49,338 nt of DNA. Source: Octopus sinensis. Its lineage: Eukaryota. The stretch lies in assembly GCF_006345805.1 (NCBI RefSeq), contig NW_021832506.1:1-49338 (forward strand), read 5' to 3'. How positions within the stretch are numbered: the stretch's first letter is position 1; each line of letters opens with the position of its first letter. The translations under genes were made by a program, and so were the position numbers. This document shows positions 38,970 through 49,338 of the stretch, in pieces. The notes under the pieces were generated by a model. The model saw only the letters and a list, made by a program, of their open reading frames with translations. It searched no databases and had not been told where the DNA came from.

Positions 38970-39288
38970 TTGTTAGTAGTAGTAGTAGTAGTAGTAATGC
39001 TGGTGGTGGTAGTGGTGGTGGCAGTAGTGGCAGTGGTGGTAGTAGTGGTTGTGATGGTAGTAGTAGTAACAGCAGCAGCAGCAGTAGAAGTAGTAGTAGT
39101 AGTGGTGGTGATGATGATGGCAGTAGTAGTAGTGGTGATAGTGGTAGTGGTGGTGGTAGTAGAAATAGAAGTACTAGTAGTAGTAGTAATAGTAGCAGTT
39201 GTAGTAGTAGTAGCAGCAGTAGCAGCAAGAGAAGTAATAGTAGCAGTAGCAGCAGCAGAAGTAGTAGTAGTAGCAGCAGCAGCAACAA

Positions 39289-39328
<40 letters not shown>

Positions 39329-39335
39329 GGTGGTG

Positions 39336-39371
<36 letters not shown>

Positions 39372-39420
39372 GAAGTAGTAGATATAGTAGTAGTAGTAGT
39401 AGTAGTAGTAGTAGCTACCA
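38970..39420. repeat. (GTA/GCA/GTG)n microsatellite
   Basis: Seen directly. Confidence 0.95.
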
Positions 39421-39498
39421 CAATGTGTTGATCGAGAAACATTGACTTTGATGACAATTGACCAAAGTTCTGTTATTGGTCACGTACTAATACAATTC

Positions 39499-39530
<32 letters not shown>

Positions 39531-39872
39531 TGTGTGAGTGTGTGTGTGTGTTCACTCACAAGGGTTTTGTTGGCGCAGGGCTTTAGTAGAAGACGGTCAT
39601 ATTTCTCCCAGCGTTCACTATTTTCCTCTCGTTCTGGTCTAACGACCCTCCGTGTTTGTTTCTTTCGGTTCCCTTGTATGTCTCCACTGTCCTGTTTTTG
39701 TTCCCAACTTTTACCCTCCATAAAATCCCAAATTTATTTTAGAATTTATGGGAGCAACTGTCTTTGATGACTCATATTATCGCTGAATGCTCGAAATGAG
39801 GAGTAGATAGACAGCCGACAACAGATGAAGGGTCGTTTCAATGTTTAAAAACTAGTTTTATAGAATGTTATT

Positions 39873-40015
39873 AATGGTTGTATACTGTCAATCTAACGTG
39901 ACAGTAGGGGATTACATACCGCTGTTTAACCCTAGGAAGCATTGACGCCTCCTAGGGCTAAACAGCGGTGGTGTAATCCCCTACTGTCACGTTAAATTGA
40001 CAGTATACAACCATT
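39873..40015. repeat. 143-bp near-perfect palindrome (fold-back or MITE-like)
   Basis: Arms 39873-39937 and 39950-40015 with a 12-nt loop; about 3 mismatches and 1 indel. Confidence 0.95.
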
Positions 40016-40110
40016 CTATCGCCCCACCACCGTACATATCTCTATGAGAGATTTAGAAATTTAATATTTATTAATGTTTTCACACATTAATTTGTGTAGG
40101 TTGAGCTGAA

Positions 40111-40550
40111 CTCTTTTTTTGTTTTTACTTGTTTCAGTCATTTGATTGTGGCCATGCTGGAGCACCGCCTTTAGTCGAGAAAATCGACCTCAGGACTTAT
40201 TCTTTGGAAGCCTAATACTTATTCTATCGGTCTCTTTTGCCGAACCACTAAGTTACAGAGACGTAAACACACTAGCATCAGTTGTCAAGCGATGTTGGGG
40301 CGACAAACACAGACACACAAACATATACACACACGTACATATATATATACTTTATTTAAAAGCAACAGAAATATAACAAAAGCTGTTACTCAGAGTTTCA
40401 CGTTCCCGTTCGTCGGACAGTTTTGTCCAGAAAACTCTGAGTAACAGCTTTTGTCATATTTCTGCTGCTTTTAAATAAAGCATATTACTCTACTTCTGGT
40501 ATTTGAGTACTCTTTTTTCCACCTTGTTTCACATTTATGTGCTTACTCCG

Positions 40551-40587
<37 letters not shown>

Positions 40588-40806
40588 CACAAATATATAT
40601 ACATACACAAATATATATACATACACAAATATATATACATATACGACGGGCTTCTTTCAGTTCCCGTCTACCAAATCCACTCACAAGGCTTTGGTCGGCC
40701 CGAGGTTATAGTAGAAGACACTTGCCCAAGGTGCCACGCAATGAACCGAACCCGGAACCATGTGGTTGGTAAACAAGCTACTTACCACACAGCCATTCCT
40801 ACGCCT
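40111..40806 (-). mobile_element. SINE S1 with a fold-back HHR element (40345-40555) inserted in its (TA)n tract
   Basis: S1 homology on both sides of the insert. Confidence 0.85.
40375..40427 (-). ncRNA. Type I hammerhead ribozyme candidate, family C (core CCGACGA, GUA triplet)
   Basis: Minus strand: GACAAAACTGT CCGACGA ACG GGAA CGT GAAA CT CTG AG TA ACAGCTTTTGTT. Confidence 0.65.
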
Positions 40807-40869
40807 ATATAAAATATTAGAGAAAAAAACCTAGATGTTTCTTGCAATACATTCATTCAAAACAAAGTT

Positions 40870-40979
40870 TTTATCAGGGGCTCTATTGTGGATCCACAAA
40901 TAACTATTTTGTTGCGTTGACCCACAAAAGCCCTATATGGACCCTCAAGGGGCATATGGACCCTGGTTGAGAGCCACTG
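40870..40979 (-). mobile_element. hAT-like MITE end
   Basis: Minus strand CAGTGGCTCTCAACCAGGGTCCATATGCCCCTTGAGGGTCCAT, similar to 21245 and 45318. Confidence 0.6.
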
Positions 40980-41158
40980 GTCCAAAACTTTCACTGAGCA
41001 TCAATCTAAGATATTCACTGTATACGACTGACTTTTTTTTTACCGGTTTAAAAAAAAAAATTGACTTGCCTATACATATATACGTATACGTACGTATATG
41101 TGTATATATGTCTGTCTGCCTGTCTGTCTATCTGTCTGTCTGTCTGTTTGTCTGTCAG

Positions 41159-41246
<88 letters not shown>

Positions 41247-42100
41247 TATGTATGTATGTATGTATGTATGTATGTATGTATGCATCATGTATTAATGCAT
41301 TATGAAGGAGAAGCTGACTCGAAGACTACAGAGCCAATCCATCAGTGCAAATGTAAAAATCTGTAAACACTTTCCTGAAGTTTATCATTTAAGTATATAT
41401 GAATATGTCTAGATATGCAAGTATATGCATGAGAATGCATACAGAAAACCAAGCATACAAATCTGCCCGTATTTATACATACGTGGAAAAAATACCCTGC
41501 GGATGTTGTTGAAATTCCAATAAAGGAACCTTGCATCTATTTTCGAAACTAGCTCTTTCACTATTGGCAATAAAGTTTTGAAATGAAACTGAAAATTGTG
41601 TGTGGTGTGTGTGTGTGTGTTGTGTGTAAGTATATATGTAAGTATAAGAATTTATACAACATGCAGATGGAATAAACAGGTTTCAATTACAAATTACAAC
41701 ACATGTTTCTGTGCAGTAGCAAAAGCTGCAAATTGCCGAGTTTTCATTCTCGTACCATTACATAAAATTGATTTATGTAAAATTACATAAATATGATGCA
41801 GCAACAGATGCATGCCGGCATTTCAGCAGGTAGGCTGCTTTTAAATATATTTACATGTATATATGAGTGTATATATTATATATCAATCCCAAGTGTGCTT
41901 ATTTGCATCACTATCTCCATATCAGCTCACCTCGATTCCTCGAAGAGCCACTTTTTACCCCGCGCACTTAGTCCACGATAACGATTTCGGAGTTTAAGTT
42001 CAAATCATTTGAGCACTACGTGTTTTACATATGATAGATCGTTAGCCACTACACACATTTTTTTCTCTCCTTGTTTCTCTCCTTGTTTCTTTCTGTGTCC

Positions 42101-42136
42101 CTTTCTGTAGAAGAGCGTAGGCTCGAAACGTAAAAG
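42101..42136 (+). ncRNA. Hammerhead-like motif, family A (core CUGUAGA), in element 42040-42228
   Basis: CTTT CTGTAGA A GAGC GTAG GCTC GAAAC GTA AAAG. Confidence 0.55.
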
Positions 42137-42223
42137 ACTTTTTCTATTCCTGAGCGCTATACTAATACATCTGTTTGTTTTCTACACCACCTGCCTTCGT
42201 CTTTTGTTTTTTTCGTAAACTCT

Positions 42224-42262
<39 letters not shown>

Positions 42263-42461
42263 ACGGATTTTTGTCAGAGAACAGGTCGCGGATTTTAGCG
42301 ACGAAAATATTTTGACAAATTAAACTTAAATGTTGAAGTGAATCGAATGGCTTTTGTGTGTTTCTTAAATGGCTTACAAACACCTTCCACGCTGCAATTG
42401 TTTTCGTTCCAGCACACGATCTCAGATCAAATCACTTGTTATGCGAGTAATCTCCGTAATA

Positions 42462-42519
<58 letters not shown>

Positions 42520-42544
42520 AGCATCTGTGGATCTCACCTGTAGA

Positions 42545-42592
<48 letters not shown>

Positions 42593-43014
42593 GCACGCAC
42601 ACACACAGTACACCAATTCCCTTTCCCTACCTACCAATCAATTTACATAAACAGCAGCAGCAAGAAATCCGAAATTGTTCCTTCCTTGGATGCTGACTGT
42701 ATCCCCATGATTATCAAAAGAATCATTTATAATCCACCCCTCTCCCAGGGAGATGATATAGAAGAGTTTTGGGGGTGGAGGCCGGTGAGGCAGCCATAAT
42801 TGGTTTCTACGGTGGTATCGAACCATCCACCGATGGTAACTTGCTTGAGTACTGCCCTTGGAATCATACCTCAACTACGTTTAGGTGATTAATGGTATGG
42901 CTCATCCCCTCTTCATATTCAATGCTTTTACGGTGGTCCAAGCAATTCCATATCAGACATCTTCCTGTTGTGTTGATTCGTTGTAGAACTTTATAATTTA
43001 TGACCAACCTCAAT

Positions 43015-43797
43015 ATATTACTCGTGCAGTGAAATAAAGTGTAAAAGACCCTCTTCTGTCACGAATGACCATAGGAAGTTCCCCTCTGAGGCACAAGTCT
43101 GGGCAAAGTTGTTTATGGAAGACAAATAGTCGCCCATGCATACCAGCCTCCTCTCTCCACGCCACCGATGTTATCCAAGGGAAAGGCAAACGCCAATACA
43201 GCTTGGCACCAGTGATGTTACAACTCATTTCTTATTTCTTTACTGCCTACAAGGAGCTAAACACAGAGGGGACAAACAAGGAGAGACAAACGGATTAAGT
43301 CGATTACATCGACCCCAGTGCGTAACTGGTACTCAATTTATCGATCCCGAAAGGATGAAAGGCAAAGTTGACCTCGGCGGTATTTTATCTCAGAACGTAA
43401 CGGCAGACGAAATACCTATTTCTTTACTACCCACAAGGGCTAAACACAGAGGGGACAAACAAGGACAGACATAGGTATTAAGTCGATTACATCGACCCCA
43501 GTGCGTAACTGGTTCTTATTTAATCGACCCCGAAAGGATGAAAGCAAAGTCGACCTCGGCGGAATTTGAACTCAGAACGTAGCGGCAGACGAAATACCGC
43601 TAAGCATTTCGCCCGGTGTGCTAACGTTTCTGCCAGCTCGCCGCCTTAATGAGTTACAACTCATTTCTACAGATGAGTAAACTGGAGCGACGGAAATAAA
43701 GTGTCTTGCACAACAGCACAACACACAGCCCGATCCAGGAATCGAACTCACTAGCTCATGGTTGTGAGCCCGACGCTTTAACCACTGAGCCACGGAC
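43015..43797 (-). mobile_element. CORE-like SINE S3 with a tRNA-like head (CAC anticodon-like loop), interrupted by an S2 dimer
   Basis: Head GGCTCAGTGGTTAAAGCG..CTCACAA..GAGTTCGATTCC; core CAGTTTACTCATCTGTAGAAATGAG resembles the MIR/CORE domain. Confidence 0.8.
43233..43652 (-). mobile_element. SINE S2 dimer with 16-bp TSD
   Basis: GTTACAACTCATTTCT at 43217-43232 and 43653-43668. Confidence 0.9.
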
Positions 43798-43824
43798 CTT
43801 CACTGTGGTGGTGTTGTTATATCA

Positions 43825-44230
43825 TTCCCATGCAGCCTCACACTCAAGTCACAAAGATGTAGTAGAATTCTTTTTGGCGTTGAAGGTACTTATTGGAGAG
43901 GACGATGAGACGCAAAATCCGTTCAATAATGGGTTGCCTTTTATGGAAGCCTGCTTGCTCCCCGGTCAAGTCGTACTCTCCCTGAGAATCCACTCTACCA
44001 GGGTGGCTCTAACTATTAATTTACTAACATGGTTGATTCTGCTGATGGTGCGATAATTCCGACATTCCAAGATACTGCCATTCACTGGAAACTCCAGGAT
44101 CAGCGACTGAACTCGGAATGTCGGTCATTCACCAGTCTGCTTCATTTTAATGCAGGTGGTCGTTAATATGTCTGCTACAGTCTTCCTACATTCTTCTGAA
44201 CCAACACAGATGTCACCTGCCTCCAGTAAT
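43825..44230 (-). pseudogene. RTE-clade LINE reverse transcriptase N-terminal fragment
   Basis: ILECRNYRTISRINHVSKLIVRA, then after a frameshift LTGEQAGFHKRQPIIERILRLIVLSNKYLQRQK. Confidence 0.75.
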
Positions 44231-44568
44231 CTTATTTAACTCCTCACATGATAAATAGTCAATTTCTTTATTAAATATGAGGTTGGGAAAAAGAGGGGAC
44301 GATACGAGGACAGACAAAACAAACATTGGGGCCAGGGTATCGAATGAGACGAAATGTAAACAAACAATTAAGAAATATACAATTAAATGAGAATGAGTGA
44401 TTAACAAAAAATGAAGCGGAGGACACGGTCGACTCCACAAACCACAGACTCATACTGAAGACTTTGCTTTCTCCTTTTTATATTCTAGTTTAAAGAGGTT
44501 CTTTCACTCGCAACATACTTGCTATAGACTTTCATCTTTTACGAAACACACTTTGCGACAGGCATTTC

Positions 44569-44999
44569 GGATCTTTTCGGTTTGAACGGCAGTTTTTTCT
44601 AGCGGTGTCATATGAAATTGTCACCCATAATTATGACACTAGTACCGATCTATTGCATTTCAATCTGTTTTAGGGTTAGGGTTAGAGTTAGGGTTAGTGG
44701 TGGGGGAAGGGTATCTTTTTTTTTCTTCAGAAATGTAAATAAACCCAATCTGTTTCTTAAACGAGGGTCATATTCATACGGCACAGAATGTTTTCACCTC
44801 AATAGACGTCATCGATTGGTTGAAATTGCAAAAATTAAAGAAAAAAAAACAACAAATATCTTACAAACTATAGAATTTTCTCAATAAAGCCAAGAGAAAA
44901 AGATGTTTTATAAACACATTCTACCAGCATACGAAGTTTAAAAGTGTTTAGTTACGTGGAAATTATTTTAAAAAACTGCCGTTCAAACAGAAAAGATCC
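44569..44999. mobile_element. Merlin-like MITE, 431 bp, 30-bp TIRs, 8-bp TSD, internal (TTAGGG)n
   Basis: TIR GGATCTTTTCGGTTTGAACGGCAGTTTTTT (1 mismatch); GGCATTTC at 44561-44568 and 45000-45007. The superfamily is inferred from GG ends plus an 8-bp TSD. Confidence 0.85.
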
Positions 45000-45007
45000 G
45001 GCATTTC

Positions 45008-45318
45008 TTCTCCAGCCTTATTTTCCGTTTCATCACATGATAAATAGTCATCGCCAATGGAACATTCCGCTACAACAGTGTTTCTCATCTATTTTTTATC
45101 TACGGATCCCTTTTATTCATATTTTTCTCGGATGGATGCTCCCAGCCATTCGATATTTATAAAAGCCATATTTATACTGTTTGGAATTGTATTTAAAAAA
45201 ATTGTTAAAATATTTTGTGTATTGTACAAGTGTAACCAATTTATTACCGATAAATTTTAACCGGCAACATCTTATATGGACCCCTAAGGTCCATATGAAC
45301 TCCAGTTAAGTACCACTG
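45008..45318 (-). mobile_element. hAT-like element end hosting the MITE (other boundary not found)
   Basis: Minus strand CAGTGGTACTTAACTGGAGTTCATATGGACCTTAGGGGTCCATAT. Confidence 0.5.
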
Positions 45319-45399
45319 CGTTACATTCAGTACATTTCGCTCTCCTCTCGTTCTCCAATCCCAATCAGCATTCTGTCCACCATCCTACTATTTCTTTTT

Positions 45400-46018
45400 G
45401 CGAAATGCTTAGCGGTATTTCGTCTCCCGTTACGTTCTGAGTTCAAATTCCGCCGAAGTCGACTTTGCCTTTCATCTTTTCGGGGTCGATTAAATAAGTA
45501 CCAGTTACGCACTGGGGTCGATATAATCGACTTAATCCCTTTGTCTGTCCTTGTTTGTCCCCTCTATGTTTAGCCCCTTGTGGTCAATAAAGAAATAAGA
45601 ACCTTGCTTCCCAACTGCATAATTTCGGGTTCAGTCCCATTGCATGGCATCTTGTGCAAATGCCTTCTCGTATAAGCCCACGCCGGCCATGCCTGGTGAG
45701 TGGATTTGGTTGACGGAAATTGAAGGAAGCCCATCGTGTGTGCGTGTGAGTGTGCATATGTGTGTGTGTATCTTTGCGTGCGTACGTGAGCGTGTGTGAG
45801 TACCTTTGTGTTTGTGTTGGTCCCCCACCACCACTTGACAACCGGTGCCGGTGTGTTTACATCCCCGTAAATTAGCGGTTCGGCAAAAGAGACCGATAGA
45901 ATAAGTACCAGGCTTAAAGAAATTTAAGTGCTGGGGGTCGATTCATTCGACAAAAAATTCTTCAAAGCAATTGCCCCAGCATGGTCGCACTCAAATAACT
46001 GAAACACGCATAAAAGAT
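45400..46018 (+). mobile_element. Head-truncated SINE S2 (45400-45598) followed by an S1-like SINE (45600-46018)
   Basis: Homology to the families above. Confidence 0.8.
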
Positions 46019-46589
46019 GTATAAGAGAGAGTGAAGAGGAGAGAGTGAGAGAGGGGAGAAGGAGAGAAAAAGATAAAAGGGAAAGACAGAGTGGCAAGAG
46101 GGAGAGAGGGGTGAGGGAGAGAGGAAGAGAAAGGGAAAGAGAGAGGTGTACGTGCAAAAGACTGAAAAAGATAACCGGAAAAATAATGGTCTCACCCTCT
46201 CTTCTTTCTCTCCTCTCTCTCTCTCTCTCAATCATCAATCCTTTCTTTTCTTCCCATTTGCTCTCCCCATTTCTCACCCTCTCTTAAAGTCTCTGCCTTT
46301 CACCCTCCCCGCATCTTTCATACATTTACTTACCTCTCACCACCTCCCTCGCTATTTCCTTTATCTCTCTCTCTCTCTCTCTCTCTCGCCGTCTCTCTTT
46401 GTCCTTTATTCATCTCTCTCCCCCCTCTCTCGCTTCCTCTCCTCTCCTCTCACTCACTCCCCTCCTCCTCTCCTCCTTCCCCCCACATCATTTCCTCCAC
46501 TTTTCCACCCTGCTCCGCCCTCCCGACACCTCACTTCCCTGTCATCTCTCTTCCGTTCCATCTCTTCCCATAGAAACCATTGAAAGTTA

Positions 46590-47286
46590 ACACAACACAC
46601 ACACACACACGCACACACACACACACACATACACCACAACACACACATACACACACACACACATGCACACACACACACATAGCAAACACACACACCACAC
46701 ACACACACACACACATCACACACACACACTCATGCACACACACACACATAGCAAACACACACACCACACACACACACACACATACACACACACACATGCA
46801 CACACACACACATAGCAAACACACACCACACACACACACACACCACACACCACACACACACCACACACATACACACACACACACACACACCACACACACA
46901 TATACATAGCAAACACACTCAGAGAAATACATTTATTCATATATACACAATGACAACATACACACATACACTCACCTACGCTTACTTGCATACATACTCA
47001 GGGACAATACTTGCACAAACGCATTCATACACACACATACGCAATGACAACATAGATATGCATACACACACACACTCACACACACACACACTCACACACA
47101 CACACACTCACACACACACACTCACACACACACACTCACACACCCACACGCACTCATATCCACTGTGTAATTATCGAAGTTTCCCGCCAAACAACAAAAG
47201 ACAAAAAGACATCACATCCGTTATCTTTGAAATAAATATTGTCATCGCGTACAGTCTGTCTGTCTGTCTTTGTGTCCGTCTGTGAT

Positions 47287-47338
<52 letters not shown>

Positions 47339-47405
47339 CTGCCTTTCTATCTGCATGAATGTGTCAGTTTCTGTGTCTGCTTGTTTTTATGGTCCGTCTG
47401 TCTGC

Positions 47406-47467
<62 letters not shown>

Positions 47468-47517
47468 GTCTGTCTGTCTGTCTGTATTCTTCTGTCTATC
47501 ATCTATCTATCTATCTA

Positions 47518-47551
<34 letters not shown>

Positions 47552-47670
47552 GTGTGGCTCTCTCTCTCTCTCTCTCTCTCCCTCTCTCTCTCTCTATCTA
47601 TATAATATATATATATTATATATATATATATATATCTGTCTGTCTGTCTATCTGTCTGTCTCGCTATATC

Positions 47671-47720
<50 letters not shown>
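46590..47720. repeat. (CA)n, (GA)n and (ATCT)n microsatellites
   Basis: Seen directly. Confidence 0.95.
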
Positions 47721-47721
<1 letters not shown>

Positions 47722-48000
47722 CATCTCATTGTCTAACTAGTTACGCAGCTCTCACAGTCTCTGTCTTCCTTCTAACACCCACCAGAGGGGCAAATGGTAG
47801 GTTCCCACAGGTTTATGCTCGAGGACATACACCTCTCAGCGGGACTCCAAGACTACACGACACACAGCATAATGCCGTAACGACATTTGCCTAAACGATG
47901 AATTTAGAGCAGAAATTAAGTAACCGAAAATTTAATTCCCCGTCTCAAATTATATTTAATAACATTTCTATCCACACACAACACACACACACACACACAC

Positions 48001-48037
<37 letters not shown>

Positions 48038-48202
48038 AGCTATACATATTTCACAGATATGTAGACATTTTTTTTTGTTCATTAGTCATTCATAAACACG
48101 TACACATATTTGATACAATACATACACACATAAATCACTTAGATTTTATATCTTAAAACCATCCCGGCGAGACACTTCTCATGTGATTGCAACTATTGTT
48201 TA

Positions 48203-48203
<1 letters not shown>

Positions 48204-48259
<56 letters not shown>

Positions 48260-48270
48260 CATTATCATCA

Positions 48271-48320
<50 letters not shown>

Positions 48321-48700
48321 TACGTTTGATTTGCATGTTTGTTACAGTCACTTGCTGAGACACACCCAGCGTCCTGGGGTGAGTGAAGGATACGGGATTG
48401 TTACATTATGACTGGAAGCGTGGTGAGAAGTAGTGAAATATCTTTAAATGTATAGGGTTTTTCTAAGGATGTGGTCAGTACTTGTCAGTTCAATCTTTTG
48501 GATTTCTCTGAGACATGGTTCTCCTGGGATATTATCTAGATGTTTCTGACATTCCTATTTTTTATCATACCTAGGCCATCTACAATAATAGAAACAGTTC
48601 TTGCTTTAAGATGTCATATCTTTTGCATTTCAATTTCCAGGTTCTGATATTTACTCAGTTAGTCAAATTATTTTACAGATATATTTTACAGATATATACT
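48204..48700 (-). mobile_element. R4/Dong-like family B 3' fragment within a (TAA)n tract
   Basis: Closely similar to 15130-15575; (ATT)n on both sides. Confidence 0.9.
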
Positions 48701-48732
48701 ATTGTTTATTATTATTATTATTATTATTATTA

Positions 48733-48768
<36 letters not shown>

Positions 48769-49104
48769 TATGTGATTATAATAACAATGATTAATTACAT
48801 GACTAATACAGATTATTGATAACTATGTTATAATATAACTTTTTGTCTTTATTAATAATTATGTTGTTGTATACGTTCGTTATTCTTGTTGGAACAGGTG
48901 TAGAAGTTTTAAATAAAGTTTTAAAATATCAATTTTATTTGCTTTTCTGTTTTTCTAATATAAGTATGTATGTATGTATCTATGTATCTATGTATGTATG
49001 TATGAATGTACGTCCGTGCATGTGTGTATGTATGTGTCCGACCTCGTGTGTACCGTTGGCGATTTTTTCCTGTCTTCCCTTCTCGGGATCTTTCCTTCTC
49101 CTAT

Positions 49105-49139
49105 GTTTCCGACGAAGAGCTCCGTTCGAAACGTTAAAC
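49105..49139 (+). ncRNA. Hammerhead-like motif (core CCGACGA, GUU triplet) in pLTR-like element 49040-49240
   Basis: GTTT CCGACGA A GAGC TCC GTTC GAAAC GTT AAAC. Confidence 0.55.
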
Positions 49140-49279
49140 CCTCCTTCTTCCCTTCTTTCCCGAGCGTTCAATAATACTCTATTTGTTCCACGTCCTCGCG
49201 TTGTTGTATTTTTTTGTGTTTTCTTGTTTGGATTAACTCTGTATGTATGTATCTATCTTTCAACAAATGTATATATAAG

Positions 49280-49311
<32 letters not shown>

Positions 49312-49338
49312 ATTTATGTATAATATATGCGTGTGTGT

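Noticed and set aside
38760-38995. Complex segment at the start of ORF 37659-38927(-) as an exon
   Set aside because: No recognisable domain or convincing splice context; the ORF length comes from adjoining repeats, and the segment looks like a dispersed repeat fragment.
43730-43797. tRNA-Val-like sequence
   Set aside because: No matching acceptor stem, and it continues into a CORE-like body; it is a SINE head, not a tRNA gene. The same applies to the other A/B-box heads.
44244-45050. 18-bp direct repeat TCACATGATAAATAGTCA (44244-44261, 45033-45050) as a TSD
   Set aside because: Similarity extends imperfectly upstream of both copies and the enclosed sequence has no element ends; more likely an old internal duplication.

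Overview
Repeat-saturated, AT-rich animal genomic DNA. It is most likely a coleoid cephalopod (Octopus-like), inferred from the extreme microsatellite load and the SINE/LINE repertoire, not from a database match. I found no host protein-coding exon, tRNA gene, rRNA or CRISPR array; almost all long ORFs in the track are microsatellite read-throughs. The window holds: (i) decayed RLE-clade LINEs (R4/Dong-like), mostly embedded in (TAA)n tracts; (ii) an internally deleted Tx1/L1-clade LINE and an RTE RT fragment; (iii) several tRNA-derived SINE families, one inserted as dimers/trimers between single TSD pairs; (iv) hAT-, Merlin- and Mutator-like MITEs with readable TIRs/TSDs; (v) fold-back palindromes and a 15-bp minisatellite. 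The most notable signal is at least 8 hammerhead-ribozyme (HHR)-like motifs from about three families, in short non-coding elements next to (TA)n tracts (Penelope-pLTR/retrozyme-like). One, at 11193-11248, folds as a complete type I hammerhead with a compensatory U3-A8 core. All folds and alignments were done by eye; element boundaries are approximate unless TSD/TIR coordinates are given.
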